Source: Selaginella moellendorffii
Lineage: Eukaryota > Plantae > Lycopodiophyta
DNA: 64,000 nt
Reading direction: 5' to 3'
Assembly (NCBI RefSeq): GCF_000143415.4
Contig: NW_003314293.1
Location: forward strand, 186,001 to 250,000
The notes beneath the pieces are model-generated. The model was not told the DNA's origin. It saw nothing but the letters and a program-made list of their open reading frames with translations, and did no database searches. Below, in pieces: positions 36,601 to 48,347 of this stretch (positions are counted from its first letter, which is position 1; each line of letters starts with the position of its first letter). Both the position numbers and the translations under genes were made by a program.

Positions 36601-38135
36601 TTATGATTGCCAACATAGTCAACCTTATTTCATGTGACATGTAGCTTATAGGTATAATATGATTTCTAAGACAGTTTCTTAATATATATTGTTTATAGGT
36701 ATCTTTCATATAAAGGCATGCCATTTGAGGCACTAGTTTGCACTCGACTTGTTGCAAAAGGTGTAAGGGATGGAGGAATATACCCAACAATGTTTGCGAG
36801 AGTTTTGAAAGCACGGAAGATAGAATGCCCTTGGGAGTTGGAGCTCCTAAGGAAGGAGACCTCTACACTAGATCGCAAGGAAGTTATCAATGCTAGCAAT
36901 GATGGCAATGCAAGTGATGATAGAGATGAGGATGAGGAAGCTCTAGATCAAGTTCGTGTTCCACCACCAAACAGCTAAGAACAGGCTCTAATTCAACTAT
37001 CAAACAACCAAGATCCGGATTAGGTTCTACTAGTAAATAATGATGATCAAGTGACTCACAGAGTATCACATCGACTTCAAGGTAAACAAAAGTGAATTTT
37101 ACAAACTAAAGGTGGTAATACATGTTTTTTGCAACAATGACTGTTGGTAGTAATTTCATTCCAGCTCAACAAGATGCTCGTGAAGAGGAGTTGGAGGAAC
37201 TCTCATTGACAACACGCCATATGACAGTAGCATACTATTTATTACTTTTTTCATTCACTTAGCTCTTTTATAGGTTCGTCCTGTGTCCCCAATAACACAA
37301 CGAGGCATTGTGGGTATCTTCATTGGCTCTTATAGTAGATTGTTGACATCTTTCACGAAAGACGACATCAACATGGATATACAGTGCCAGTTCAACTGTT
37401 GGTGCCAAAAGATACAAAGGCCCTTGCTCCCAGTTGTGGACTTCATTCTCTTCGACTTTCCAAATGATTTTTGAGATATTGATGGGAAAGTTGAGGATTG
37501 GAACTTTCTCACACCTGACCACTTGCGCGATGCATTCCTATTGTTTGAAGCACTTATGCTCGAAGCTGGCCATGTCGTCTTCATCCTACCGAATGACCCC
37601 AACTGGATGTATGAGCTTATGACGTGCGCAGCAGAAGTTCATTTCAAATCATTCTCTTTCGAGTGCATCATGGATCCTATTGGTGTTAATACGAGGGGCA
37701 TCCAAGGGAAGCCTAAAAAGGTGAGTATGTATTTTATATTTTTATCTAATTTTTAAACATTTTTATTTTCCAGGTTATGATATGGACCTATCATGCCTTT
37801 TGCAGAAACACACATGATGGGTTTCGTGATAGCGAACGTGCAGAACGTGTTTTGCCTGGGTACGATAGTTCCACTAACATCATACCCAACTTGTGGATGA
37901 GCAGATCTGCAACACATTTCTAGGGTATTGATTCCGAACTCCATCGGCAATGCAAGTCTTGCTTGAGCTCTATTGCCCACCAGATGGTGTTGTGAATAAT
38001 TGCATAGTAGGTAGCGGTTCTATGGTGGAGGTAGCACGTGACTTTAGTAGGTCGGTGTTTGCTATTGAAGAACATCATTTCTTCAAACGCCAGCTCAGAG
38101 GATTTCATGAGTTGCCTTCAACCTCAAGGAGGTAA
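33655..38135 (+). pseudogene. Intron-containing cargo gene: Pro-rich region, ParB/Srx-like domain, and degenerate N4/N6 DNA-methyltransferase-like domain
   Basis: IREIPLCRL...LFKQNG...GMFLVS, then (after removing the solo LTR) ITPEIVNS*DPIW...QLAGTMFQIIDGNH*YGTWMKCI; later VVDFILFDFPND...EDWN...LEAGHVVFI and LLELYCPPDGVVNNCIVGSGSMVEVARDFSRSVFAIE; short AT-rich GT-AG introns. Confidence 0.65.
34399..35432. mobile_element. Solo LTR (1034 bp) inserted in the ParB-like exon
   Basis: TGTAGCG...CGCGACA termini; perfect 5-bp TSD CTATC (34394-34398 and 35433-35437); removal restores the reading frame. Confidence 0.9.
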
Positions 38136-38466
38136 ATTATGTTTATTAAAATTTCAATATATATTTCATTCTATTTTATAGATCACAGTCACCTGGAGTT
38201 TCTAGAATTGGAGGCTTTGGAAGTCTTCCTGACTATGCAGAAGCCATGGCTCAACATATGCAAGGTGAATCTTTCCCATAATACCAATATAGGAGGAAGT
38301 AGAAAAAAAATCATTATGTTGATGATGAGGCAAAAGAAAGCTAATTGCATCCTTACATAAAATGGAAAGCTTGTTATATGTTAGATGTTAATGAAAGTGT
38401 TAGATGTTAGTAAAATTGTCAAATGTCAATGTCAGTGTCAAATACCATAATTACAGATTATCATTC

Positions 38467-39111
38467 TCACCTATCACCATCACTTTGTAGCACTTGTGTG
38501 TTGCCATCTCCTCCAACATTTTGTAAACAATTATATGTGATATGATAGTAAAGTAATTCTAGATCTTGCATTCCATTGTAGGATGGCTGAAAAACCCCAT
38601 ATTTTGCACTAGCCAATGCAGTGTTTCCTAAGGGGATGTTGTTCCTCACTATGAAGTGATAATGGGTATGTGTCCGTAACTCATTCTTGAATCTATTGTA
38701 CATTCACACATGCACATTTTTCAGATCTACTGTTGGGCAATTCCTACAGTGCTTAAGAAAAGTTTGTAAACCTATAAAGCCATTTGTCTTGTCCAAGAAA
38801 AAGTAGCATATTGGACACCAAATGTAATAGCGTTCTGTGCTTTCAAGTAGTCCTGCCATGTTAGGAGCAAGATCTTGCAAAAACATGTGGCATTGCTCTT
38901 GAAGCGCTAGAGGCAATCCCTCTCTAGTAGCAAAATCTAGATTTTCACATATAGGGAGCTCTAGTTCAGCTTCACTAGAGCCCTCAGCAGAAAAAGGATT
39001 GTTATGTGGAGGTGAAGGTGGAATGTTGGTAAAACTTGGGGATGGAGGTGGAGATTGATATGAAGTGTTAAGGGGCCAAGTATGAGTAGCAATGACTCTC
39101 TTTTGAGCCAT
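38467..39111 (-). pseudogene. Second zf-XS/SGS3-like zinc-finger ORF, right part of the MULE (single in-frame TGA at 38704-38706)
   Basis: MAQKRV...Pro-rich...WCPICYFFLDKTNGFIGLQTFLKHCRNCPTVDLKNVHV*MYNRFKNELRTHTHY; ORFs 38704-39147 and 38467-38703 abut in frame. Confidence 0.55.
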
Positions 39112-42100
39112 TTTAATACAAACTTCTAAGGAGCTCAAGGAGAACAAAAAACCTACAATGACTATAACTTTTCTAGATAGTTTATATACTAAGTTTGTCT
39201 TGGGAATGAGGCTTATTTATTATAACACTGACAATACTTAGATTCTTTAAATGTCAGTCTTAGAAATGGGGCTTCTTGTAAACATAAGAGTTTCTAGAAT
39301 TTTAGATTATCATGTATATACATGCTCTATCATTATGATGAATCCTACTTTGCTACACATATATTCTTTTCTACACATGCCAAATGTCTAGGGAAATAAA
39401 TTGTAAGGAAATATAGACCACATTATAGTGGTATAGCATGTTGGCATGCTACCATTTTCTCATATGAGATTGCCTTTTAGTCTTGGAAATGTATTTAAAG
39501 TTGATTCTTTGATGTGATATTACTTTTGAGTCTTTCAAAAGATTTTTGATTTCTTTTATCATTATTTACAAACAATTCCCAAAAACTTTTAATGAGGATT
39601 CATTGCAAAATATACCTTGGTCTTATCATATGAGAGGATTGCGATATAGGCAAGCAACAAAGTTTTTAATATGAATTAATATGTAAATTACAAATGTCAT
39701 GGAAAGTTTTATGGAGTAGATTTCTTAGTGCTTTCGGCCATGCTATTCATTTCTTCATTTCTCTTGCTCTGGACTATTGTTTTAGAAGGAACAAGAGCAT
39801 TTTTATCAATCGTGATAATGGTCTCCACATTCCTAGATGGGTAATAAGGATCAGGAGTGTAATATGGAAATTGTGGTAGTGAAAAAAAATTAGCATTCTC
39901 ACATTCCTTTGCACTACAACTCTTACTCACAAATCTTGTATGTTCCTTACTTCCCATCTTCTCAAGAACCCTAAAAACTTTTTTGAATGAAGGAATAGTA
40001 TCTACAGCTGTAAAAGTATTCAAAATATTAAGTAGTCAAATCAAATATGACAGCTGTAACAGTTGTCATAATAAAATAATATAGTTTTATAAAAGATAGG
40101 TTCTCATTAACTTTGTCTTTTTTAAACAATTCAATCTTATAGAAACTTTTAACTTAGATATTTACGTATTTTAATATTTTAAAGTTTGCTAGAACCTTCA
40201 TTTGTTCAATTTAGACCTCCTTTGTAATATTTCTTATTGATTATGTTGACTTGAGTTGACTTGTGTTGAATTGAGCTCAACTCGTGAGCTCAACTCAACT
40301 TTGGACCATCCCCTTTTGAAGTTAGCACCTTCAACTAAGGGATTCGTTCTGCTGACTTGCCACTCTTGCTTAGCAAGTCATCCGACTAATGTAACATAGT
40401 TTTATGTATAAGCGTGAAAGTCCTTGACTATCAACTTTCGTTCAAAGTCATCCCTTTGAACACTCGGGAATTACTTCCCCAACCTTGATAGCATTGCCTT
40501 ATGGCAAGCTTCAAAACCATGCTTTTGCTACACCACTCTGATTTTGCGCGTTTTATGAACCATTTACACTTGGCTTTCTAAGTACTACACTACTTAGAAT
40601 TGTCTTTGGGAACTTTGAAGGAACTTTGTCCCTTAGCTTGCTAATGCTTCTCCTTTCGCAAGCTTTCCAATTGTCATATGGTCTAGCATGGAAAATTCCA
40701 TACTTTAGACTCTCTATGGCATCACAGTTGCTAGTAGCAACACACTCGAGCACCCATTTGATTCTCCACTCCCACTTTGCATAACCACCCTAGGTTATGC
40801 CCTTCGCTTCCTATGGTTTAATTTTATCCCTTTACTACTTGCATTTTGCCCTCACATGTTTCTTTTGGTTATTCTCCTCCAGACTAAAAGGATATCTTTG
40901 CACTTTCTACCATGCATTAGCAAGTATTCATAGGGATGAACTTACTTAATAGTTTAGGGAGTGGTTCCTCAATCTGGGCAAGCTCACCTTATAATCCCAC
41001 ACACCGGGATTAATATTGTTACTTATGGGCCTCTATATACCCATCACTAGCCTTGCTAAAATCCCATTTTTGGCTTTGTCCAAATCAGATAAACGGATTT
41101 CTCCCATCTTCAAAACCTTGGACATTTGGATAACACCTCTTATCTATCATTCGCTAGGGACTTAGTCCCTTGGGCCTTATCTAATGCCCTCGTGACACCA
41201 AATACCACTTCCTGGTGTTTTAGAGTATTTGGGTGTCCCAATGATGACCTTCTTTGGCAATGAGCATTCCCTTTATAACATTGACTTACTATTTTGCAAC
41301 ATAAGCAGTTTCTCCCTCGTAAAGGTATATCTAACTTCCTTATCCCCATAAAAAGTCTTAGGTAGTTATCTTCTACCAATTTAACCAATTATTGTGCACC
41401 TTTTGCTTAGTTGCCTTATAGTTGTTAATCCTACAACTCTTTGCTGATGTTTCCACACCTCCATCATTATTTGGGTCACTACACTCTAACCGCATGCCTT
41501 CCATCTTAGGCTATGCTGTTCCCATTTCCATTGGGATTCCTTTGAAAGGGGTTCTCATGAACCTGCCAACTTGACCTCAAGGCAACATGCCTTGGCACAT
41601 TCGGTGTTTCCACACCATCAGCTTCATGAGCCTAGCTTTATGACACTTCTTACTTGTATCTAGGTCTTTGCCAAAGACCAATACAGTTGTCTCTTATGCC
41701 AACTATCAATTAACACTGCACCATAGTATTCACATACAACTTTATGCCGAAGTTGCTTTCTTTTGGGGAACATCTTTCCCACGACTTTAGCATGGCACAT
41801 TTTGCCTTCGATGAGATACCCTTTGTTCTCATTCTTAGATCCTATAATCCCCCCCATCCTTCGTGGGGTACAACACACCTCAGTCCAAATGCTTCAATCA
41901 ATCCTTTATGATTATTCCTTGACTCTATTTGAGTCATCCAGCTTTTTGGACTTGGTCATTCAACGACCCGTGAGGTTCTACCTTTGAAGTGCCCACTCAC
42001 TGGAATACAACTTCTCGTATTCAGGTCCTACTCACAAGAACCATCTTTGCAAGTGTTACTTCGACACTTGATTTGTTCTCTTGGGGCAACCTTTTGCCCC

Positions 42101-42659
42101 TTAGGACCACTTGTCCATGTGATGAGAATACCAACTCATCCTTTGAGTACACCCCTAATTCCTTGGGTTGTTCCAGCATTTATTAGAGGTAGCCCCGGTT
42201 ACCATTTCAAGGACTTGTGTCCTCTTCTGTATTTGACCTTCCATGGTTATTAATTCTGGTCTCAAATTCATGAGCACCAACCTCAACTATATGAGGATAA
42301 TCTTGTGACTCCTTTATGGTTTTGGAGTCTTTATTTTTCCTGTGATACCAACTATAGTTGTTTACCACAATTACATTAGCTAGTTTGCTGAGTCAAACGT
42401 TCATTTGGATCACATCCTCAACTCTTTCAGAAAAACCTTATACTATTCCCAAGATCCCAAAGTCGTTCCATTATTGGCCCTTTTCTATCCACCACCTTGC
42501 CTACAAGTTCACACCTGAAATATAGTGGAGAGCCATGTCTTCCCGACTTGCTACTTCTCAAGGATAGACCCACTCCTAGGACCTTCCGATGCCAACACTA
42601 GTGGTGATGTACTTCAGCACCAATAAAAGTCAAACTAAGGAATAGTTCCGATACCAAGT

Positions 42660-44327
42660 TGTAAGCGACTAATTTTTCCATTCTACTTTAGTCACTTAAC
42701 CACACTTTTGACCACTTGGAGAAGACTCATCTATAACCTCCTTAAGTCTAATTCAAGACTTGGGACTTGGTAGCCCCAAGAATGGTATCCATACCACTCA
42801 TCCTTTGCACTTGGTCCAAATGCTTCATGTGTCCGGTCCCAAGACTGACACTCCAAAGTACCACCGACATACCAGCCCGTTATGCTAAGACTATGCCCAT
42901 TCATCTTGGTACCACTGGTGGTCTAACACCACTTGCATTGCAATCCCGTCTCTCAACGATTGGGCTATCCGTCTAGGAGTGACCATCCAAGATCCACTCC
43001 TTAGCATCCTTGAGATGCCCGCAGACAGGGGGAACCATCTTCCCCAATATCCCTTTTACAGTCCCCACCAAGTCCCTTTTCCGTCCATAGCTGAGTTTGC
43101 TTACTCTACCACTGGGACAAGGCCCACAAGCCCGACCACTAAGTCCCACTGTCCTCTGGGACTTTCTCACCACATGACCGTATCCTTTATCACCACACTA
43201 AAGGACTACTCCTCTTCCATTCTATAGTCTGGGACTTTGGGACAACATTTCGGAACATCATGGCCTTACGCGAGCCTTGTGGGTACTCTCCCCGCCTTCC
43301 GCCTTTTGGTGCTTTAGCCATTGGCTTAGAGCGAGGTTCTGTTGAGCCATGCCAGGTATCTAAGTAGGTAGTGCTACCCACACTTGGACTGGGAGCATCG
43401 ACCATTCGATCTCCCAGCTCTTGAACTAGAGGGAACTAGAGCCAGCTCTTGAACACTTCATCAAGCTACCCCATTTGACAATCCGTATTCACTCTAGCCT
43501 TGGACCTCCCAGTGGTTATCCCGTCACCCAACACCTGGCCAAATTGGCTCCACTGGAGTCCTCTTCCTACTATACTTTTGGAGCTCACCAAACCCCTTAG
43601 GGTCTGGGAGACAAACGCTTTGGGCTTTCACCTTCTCGAACTCAAACTCGGACTTGGACTCGGACTTGGACTTGGACTCGGTCTTGGGCTCGGCCTCGGT
43701 CTCGGTCTCGGCCTTGGTCCCGGTCTTGGTCTCGGTCTCGGCCTTGGTCCCGGTCTCAGTCTCGGTCCCGGTCTCAGTCTTGGTCTCGGTCTCGACTTCG
43801 GACTCCATCTCGGGTCCTTCTTGGACTCCATCTTAGACTCCATCTCAGGTCCATCTTAGACTCCATCTCGGACTCCATCTCGGGTCCATCTTGGACTCCA
43901 TCTCGGGTCCATCTCGAACTCCATCTCAGGTCCATCTCGAACTCCATCTTGGGTCTATCTCGGACTCAATCTCGGGTCCATCTCGGACTCAATCTCGAGT
44001 CCATCTTGGGTCCATTTCGGGTCCACATCGGACTCCACCTCGGACTCCATTTCGGACTCCATCTCGGACTCCACCTCGGACTCCATCTCGGACATTTCCA
44101 TATGTCATATTTTGGTCCTCTTGTGTCCCCTTTTCTAGAGACTCACTCATGGCTCACCTCATGCTTGTTCCTTGAGCACTTTGTTGGGAGTTCCACTCCC
44201 ACTCTCGACCTTCTCAAGTCGGAGCTTTTAGTCCAAATGTGTTACACTCATTTGGCTTTCACTTTAGCCACTATCACGTGGCACTCTTTCGGCTCCACTT
44301 TGGAGCCTAGGGATTTTGTGTCTCACA
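42660..44327 (-). repeat. 5' LTR of G2 (1668 bp) with internal tandem array
   Basis: Direct repeat of 24694-26296; array at ~43640-44092 has a different unit number from the other LTR. Confidence 0.95.
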
Positions 44328-44749
44328 GTATTGAACACAATAGTGTTCTTTATGCATTTAAATTTATAATTTAACACCATTCCATATTTCCATGTTCTCT
44401 TGGGACATGAGTGTAAACTTATAGGGGTTTTCAAATATATAATAGAGATAGGGGGTATATTGGACATGACCTATTAATCTGAAAAATTTTTTAACTCCCC
44501 ACTAACATGTTTATCCTTGTCTTGGGTCCAGCTTAAGTTTAATCCTAAGCTCTATATGATACTAGTACCTATATCCTTGCATTAACCCTTTGGTATATTG
44601 AAATTAGTGCTATAGATTTGGCATTAAAATTTAATATGCCAAATCTATTCAAATATTATTCTATGCTTTTGTTTGTTCATTCCTTATGAAGTGGAGCCCA
44701 AGTTTTAGGGTTTTAGGCTACTAAACAAAGGGATGAAGTTGAACTCTTT

Positions 44750-45440
44750 TAACATATGTGATTATGAAATGAAATTTAAATATATTATTACTATGAATCC
44801 TTGAAACCTTAGAGGATATATGGGGATAAAATAGTCAATAAAGGCTTTCAATTGTCCATTTTCCAATTCACTTAAGGGGAGAGAAATAAAATGTGTTACA
44901 TGTGGTATTAGAAAATGACATGGATTTTATTGCCATTGATTAGTGGCTATTTAAAATATAATATACCCTTGAGTAGAGTATATTCTTACTTTTAACATTA
45001 AAATTATATATATTAGGCATCCATGAGTACATCAGTGGTTAATGAGGACATTAACATCTCTAAAATGGGGGGGTAGTGTATAAGTTCTTTTATCCCCTAA
45101 CATTTTAAAAATCTACAGTGACAATATATTTAAATATCTTCTCATGATCAAGAACCACTAAAACTTCTTTCTAAAGAAATTGCCTTTTTTCTACTTGATT
45201 TAAGAGGAGAGAAATAAAGTGTGCTACATGTGGTATCAAAGAAAATGGTATGGGTTTGATTCCTATTTTTAAACTTTAATATATCTTTAAGTATAATATA
45301 TTCTCACTCCTAAAATTGAAATGATATTTATTAGGCATCCATGAGTATGTCAATAATCAATGAGGATATTGACATCTTTAAAAGGAGTGTAACATATATA
45401 ATCATAAAATGAAATTTAGATATACTATTATCATGGATAT
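44750..45440 (+). mobile_element. Decayed tandem TRIM array (LTR-internal-LTR-internal-LTR), same family as 46714-47507, opposite orientation
   Basis: Two repeats of ...gagagaaataaa.tgtg.taca-tg-TGGTAT.A.A (LTR end plus PBS) at ~44880-44912 and ~45207-45241, each followed by the same internal segment (ttaggcatccatgagta...aatgagga.att.acatc). Confidence 0.7.
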
Positions 45441-46713
45441 TTTATCAAGTTATTACTCTTTTTTTAGTTAGCTAAAAAGGATAGAAATAAAGTATAATGC
45501 AATTCCTAACTATATAATTTACTCTTAGCACATTTAAGGGTTGGGCTTCACTTCATAGGAATTATATAGTAATTCATCATAAAGTATATAGTCAAAATTA
45601 TATATACAAATTTATATATTATGGTATAAAATTGTACGTGCCAAAATCTATACTAAGGGACATATACAAAGCCACAACAATTACACATGTACCCACTTAA
45701 ATCATCATTTTCATATCTAAATATGCAACAATTGCAAACCTCAAATAAAGTAATAGTATATTTTTACATATTTAGTTTTAACTTATAACACAAGATTGTT
45801 TATGTGTAGAAGTGTTGACAAATTGTCATTGTATATGTATGTGGCCTTAACACATTCAAATCTAAACTATTTAGACAATCATTTTACCTAAAGGATCCAT
45901 TAGTATTCTGCTAAAGAACTAAAAACTGAAGGTTTAGTTTTACCTATGGTAATATAGTAGTAATTCAAAGTAACTATGGTAAACTCTAGCAGTTTAAGTA
46001 ACCTCAAACTTATTATGGGGTTGCAACACTCATAATGAAGCCAAATAAAATATACCATTATTTTAGCACACTAGTAAATTAATATTCCTTCTTGTATAGT
46101 GCTTGATTCTTCAATAAATTGTGGATTATATGATATAATATATTTTAGGAATTTATGAGTGAGTCTAAAATCTTATTTTAAACTATTTTTTTGTAATTTC
46201 ATTTCATTCGTATTATTTTATTGCTTATATAGATTCCTTTGTTAAAATATTTCCTATATATAAGGGGATATTCTTTTGATACTACCTAGTTAGAAATGTA
46301 GACATAGTATGCATTCTTCTCATAGATACAACTAATAAAGCATTTAACTATGCTATAAATTGATATCAATTTTAAAAGAAATATTATAAGATAAAAGAAA
46401 TGTTCAAATAACCATTTTGCAAATCCATATAAATATAAAAATTTATAACTCCACTTTAATGAATAACTAACTTTCTATATTTACAATTCTACTTCAATAA
46501 ATAACTTAGTTTTCAAACTAATATGCATCTTTTAAAAATGTTTATAGTTTTAATAATTATTGTAATGGATAATATTCTTTAATACAGAATCACCTATATA
46601 TAGGAATGAGAGAATGTGTAACATAAGAAAAAATGTTAAGACATACCTTAATTACTTCCAAATGATTTAGGATAGTATATTGTTAGTTTAAAACATAATA
46701 TAATAAAGAATTG

Positions 46714-47507
46714 TGTAACACACTTTATCTCTCTCCCCTTAAGTCAACTAGAAAAGGAGTAATTGCTTGATGAGAGAGCCCTTAGTGGTTATTTTATCCC
46801 CATTTATCCCCCAAAATTCCAAGGATTCATAATGACAGTATATCCACATCTCATCCCATTGACTATTGACTAACAACCCTTACTGTGCTAAGGGGAACTA
46901 ACACCTTCATTTCCGCACTAAATTTACTAATTCTTCCATTATGTAAATCAGAGATGTCAATGTCCTTATTGACTATTGACTAACAACCCCTACTGACAAC
47001 ACCTCCAAGGGGAACCAACACCTCCATTTCCACACTGAATTTACCAATCCTTCCATTATGTAGATTAGCTATTTCATGTGAGGCAACTAATTATCCACTC
47101 GTACCGTAGTCCCACGGTGAATACTTTCGTCCGTGGATACTCCACACAAGAGGAAGACCGTAGTCCCACAGTGGATACCTTCATCCGTGGATACTCCACA
47201 CAAGAGGAAGGACGTACGTATGGATGCCCAATATATACGATTTCAAATTTAGGGGTAGGAATATACCTTGCTCAAGGGTATATTATATTTTTAAATAGCC
47301 ACTAATAAATGGGAATCAAACCTGTGCCATTTGCTTCGATACCAACTGTAACGCACCTTATTTCTCTTCCCTTAAGCCAACTGGAAAGGGGCAATTGCTT
47401 GATGAGAGAGCCTTTAGTGGTTATTTTATCCCCATTTATCCCTCAAGGTTCCAAGGATCCACGGTGACAGTATATCCAAATCTCATCCTATGATCACATG
47501 CGCTACA
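46714..47507 (-). mobile_element. TRIM (794 bp) with ~160-bp LTRs
   Basis: LTR 47347-47507 (TGTAACGCA...TGCGCTACA) and a truncated LTR at 46714-~46859; PBS TGGTATCGAAGC; TSD aattg/gattg; non-coding interior with two internal tandem duplications. Confidence 0.82.
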
Positions 47508-47611
47508 GATTGTTCCGTACCTCACTTAGTCATGAATTTTAGCTTTTGGATGCTCCACAAACATGCCGATTCCTCGTGTGCTGGCCTGCCGTTCTCTTGG
47601 GGTTCTTGTCC

Positions 47612-47614
<3 letters not shown>

Positions 47615-47657
<43 letters not shown>
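47615..47657. repeat. Poly(T) tract (43 nt)
   Basis: Direct reading. Confidence 0.9.
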
Positions 47658-47658
<1 letters not shown>

Positions 47659-48347
47659 TTAATTTTTTCAGAATAAAACTCTTTCATAATAAGAAAAAAA
47701 GTTATTATTGATTTATAAAGCCCTTGTGTATAGCCTTTAGAGGAGAGAAGTATTTTAGGAGTTATATAAAATCAATTGCTCTATAATAAAAACATATTTT
47801 AGTTAATCAACTGCTTCTTTGTTTTTTTTTTTTTTTTCTTTTTGATTCAATGCCATTATGTCATAGATTTTAAGAGTAGATGAGTGGATTATGCAGTAGG
47901 AGATTTTTGAGTGATAAAAGAAGAATAATACTTTATAAGTTCTTGAGATTCTTTATTGAAATGACTCATAAATAAAATAGAAATATCATAAGAGTAAGGT
48001 CACTTTTTTTTATAAATTTTTTTGGATTTTTTGTTATGGTAAACCTATATTGAAAGATTGCATATGGGTTGAATGTGGTTATCAAAAAGATTGTTAATGT
48101 CCAGTAAGAAGTCTATGGTTATTTCTTTCATATTTTAGTTTTTTCCTTCCATTTACATATTTCTCATAGATGAAATTTGATCAATATCATTTCTCAACAA
48201 CAAAAGTTTTTACAAGATTTTATGAGCCACTAAAAGTAAAATATTTTTGCAGATGTAAAAATGCACAATACAAAAGGATGCCATAGTCTAAATTTATAAA
48301 GAGAGCATTTTTAGTAATTAATCCACTAATAAAATCTATTTTATAGT

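Larger units (their letters stand above)
28018..40301. mobile_element. ~12.3-kb Mutator-like (MULE/SWIM) DNA transposon with cargo genes, nested in G2
   Basis: 28-bp inverted repeats at 28051-28078 and 40269-40296 (27/28 identical); flanking 19/20-bp direct repeat TGGACCA(T)CCCCTTTTGAAG at 27999-28017 and 40302-40321; encodes a MULE-type DDE/SWIM transposase; G2 pol remnants lie on both sides. Confidence 0.8.
24694..44327 (-). mobile_element. Ty3/Gypsy LTR retrotransposon with long LTRs (element G2), hosting nested insertions
   Basis: LTRs 24694-26296 and 42660-44327 (TGTAAG...CTCACA); perfect 5-bp TSD GTATT on both sides; PBS TGGTATCGGAAC next to the right LTR and PPT ATGGGTGGTGGAGT next to the left LTR (minus strand); very degenerate protease/RT/integrase/chromodomain-like remnants at 40.3-42.6 kb and 26.3-28.0 kb. 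Confidence 0.93.

Noticed and set aside
39709-40023. 104-aa minus-strand ORF near the right MULE end
   Set aside because: No recognisable motif and a non-ATG start; cannot be supported as a gene, though it may be a decayed cargo fragment
47615-47657. Poly(T) as the poly(A) tail of a LINE/SINE or retrocopy
   Set aside because: No TSD or recognisable element body next to it
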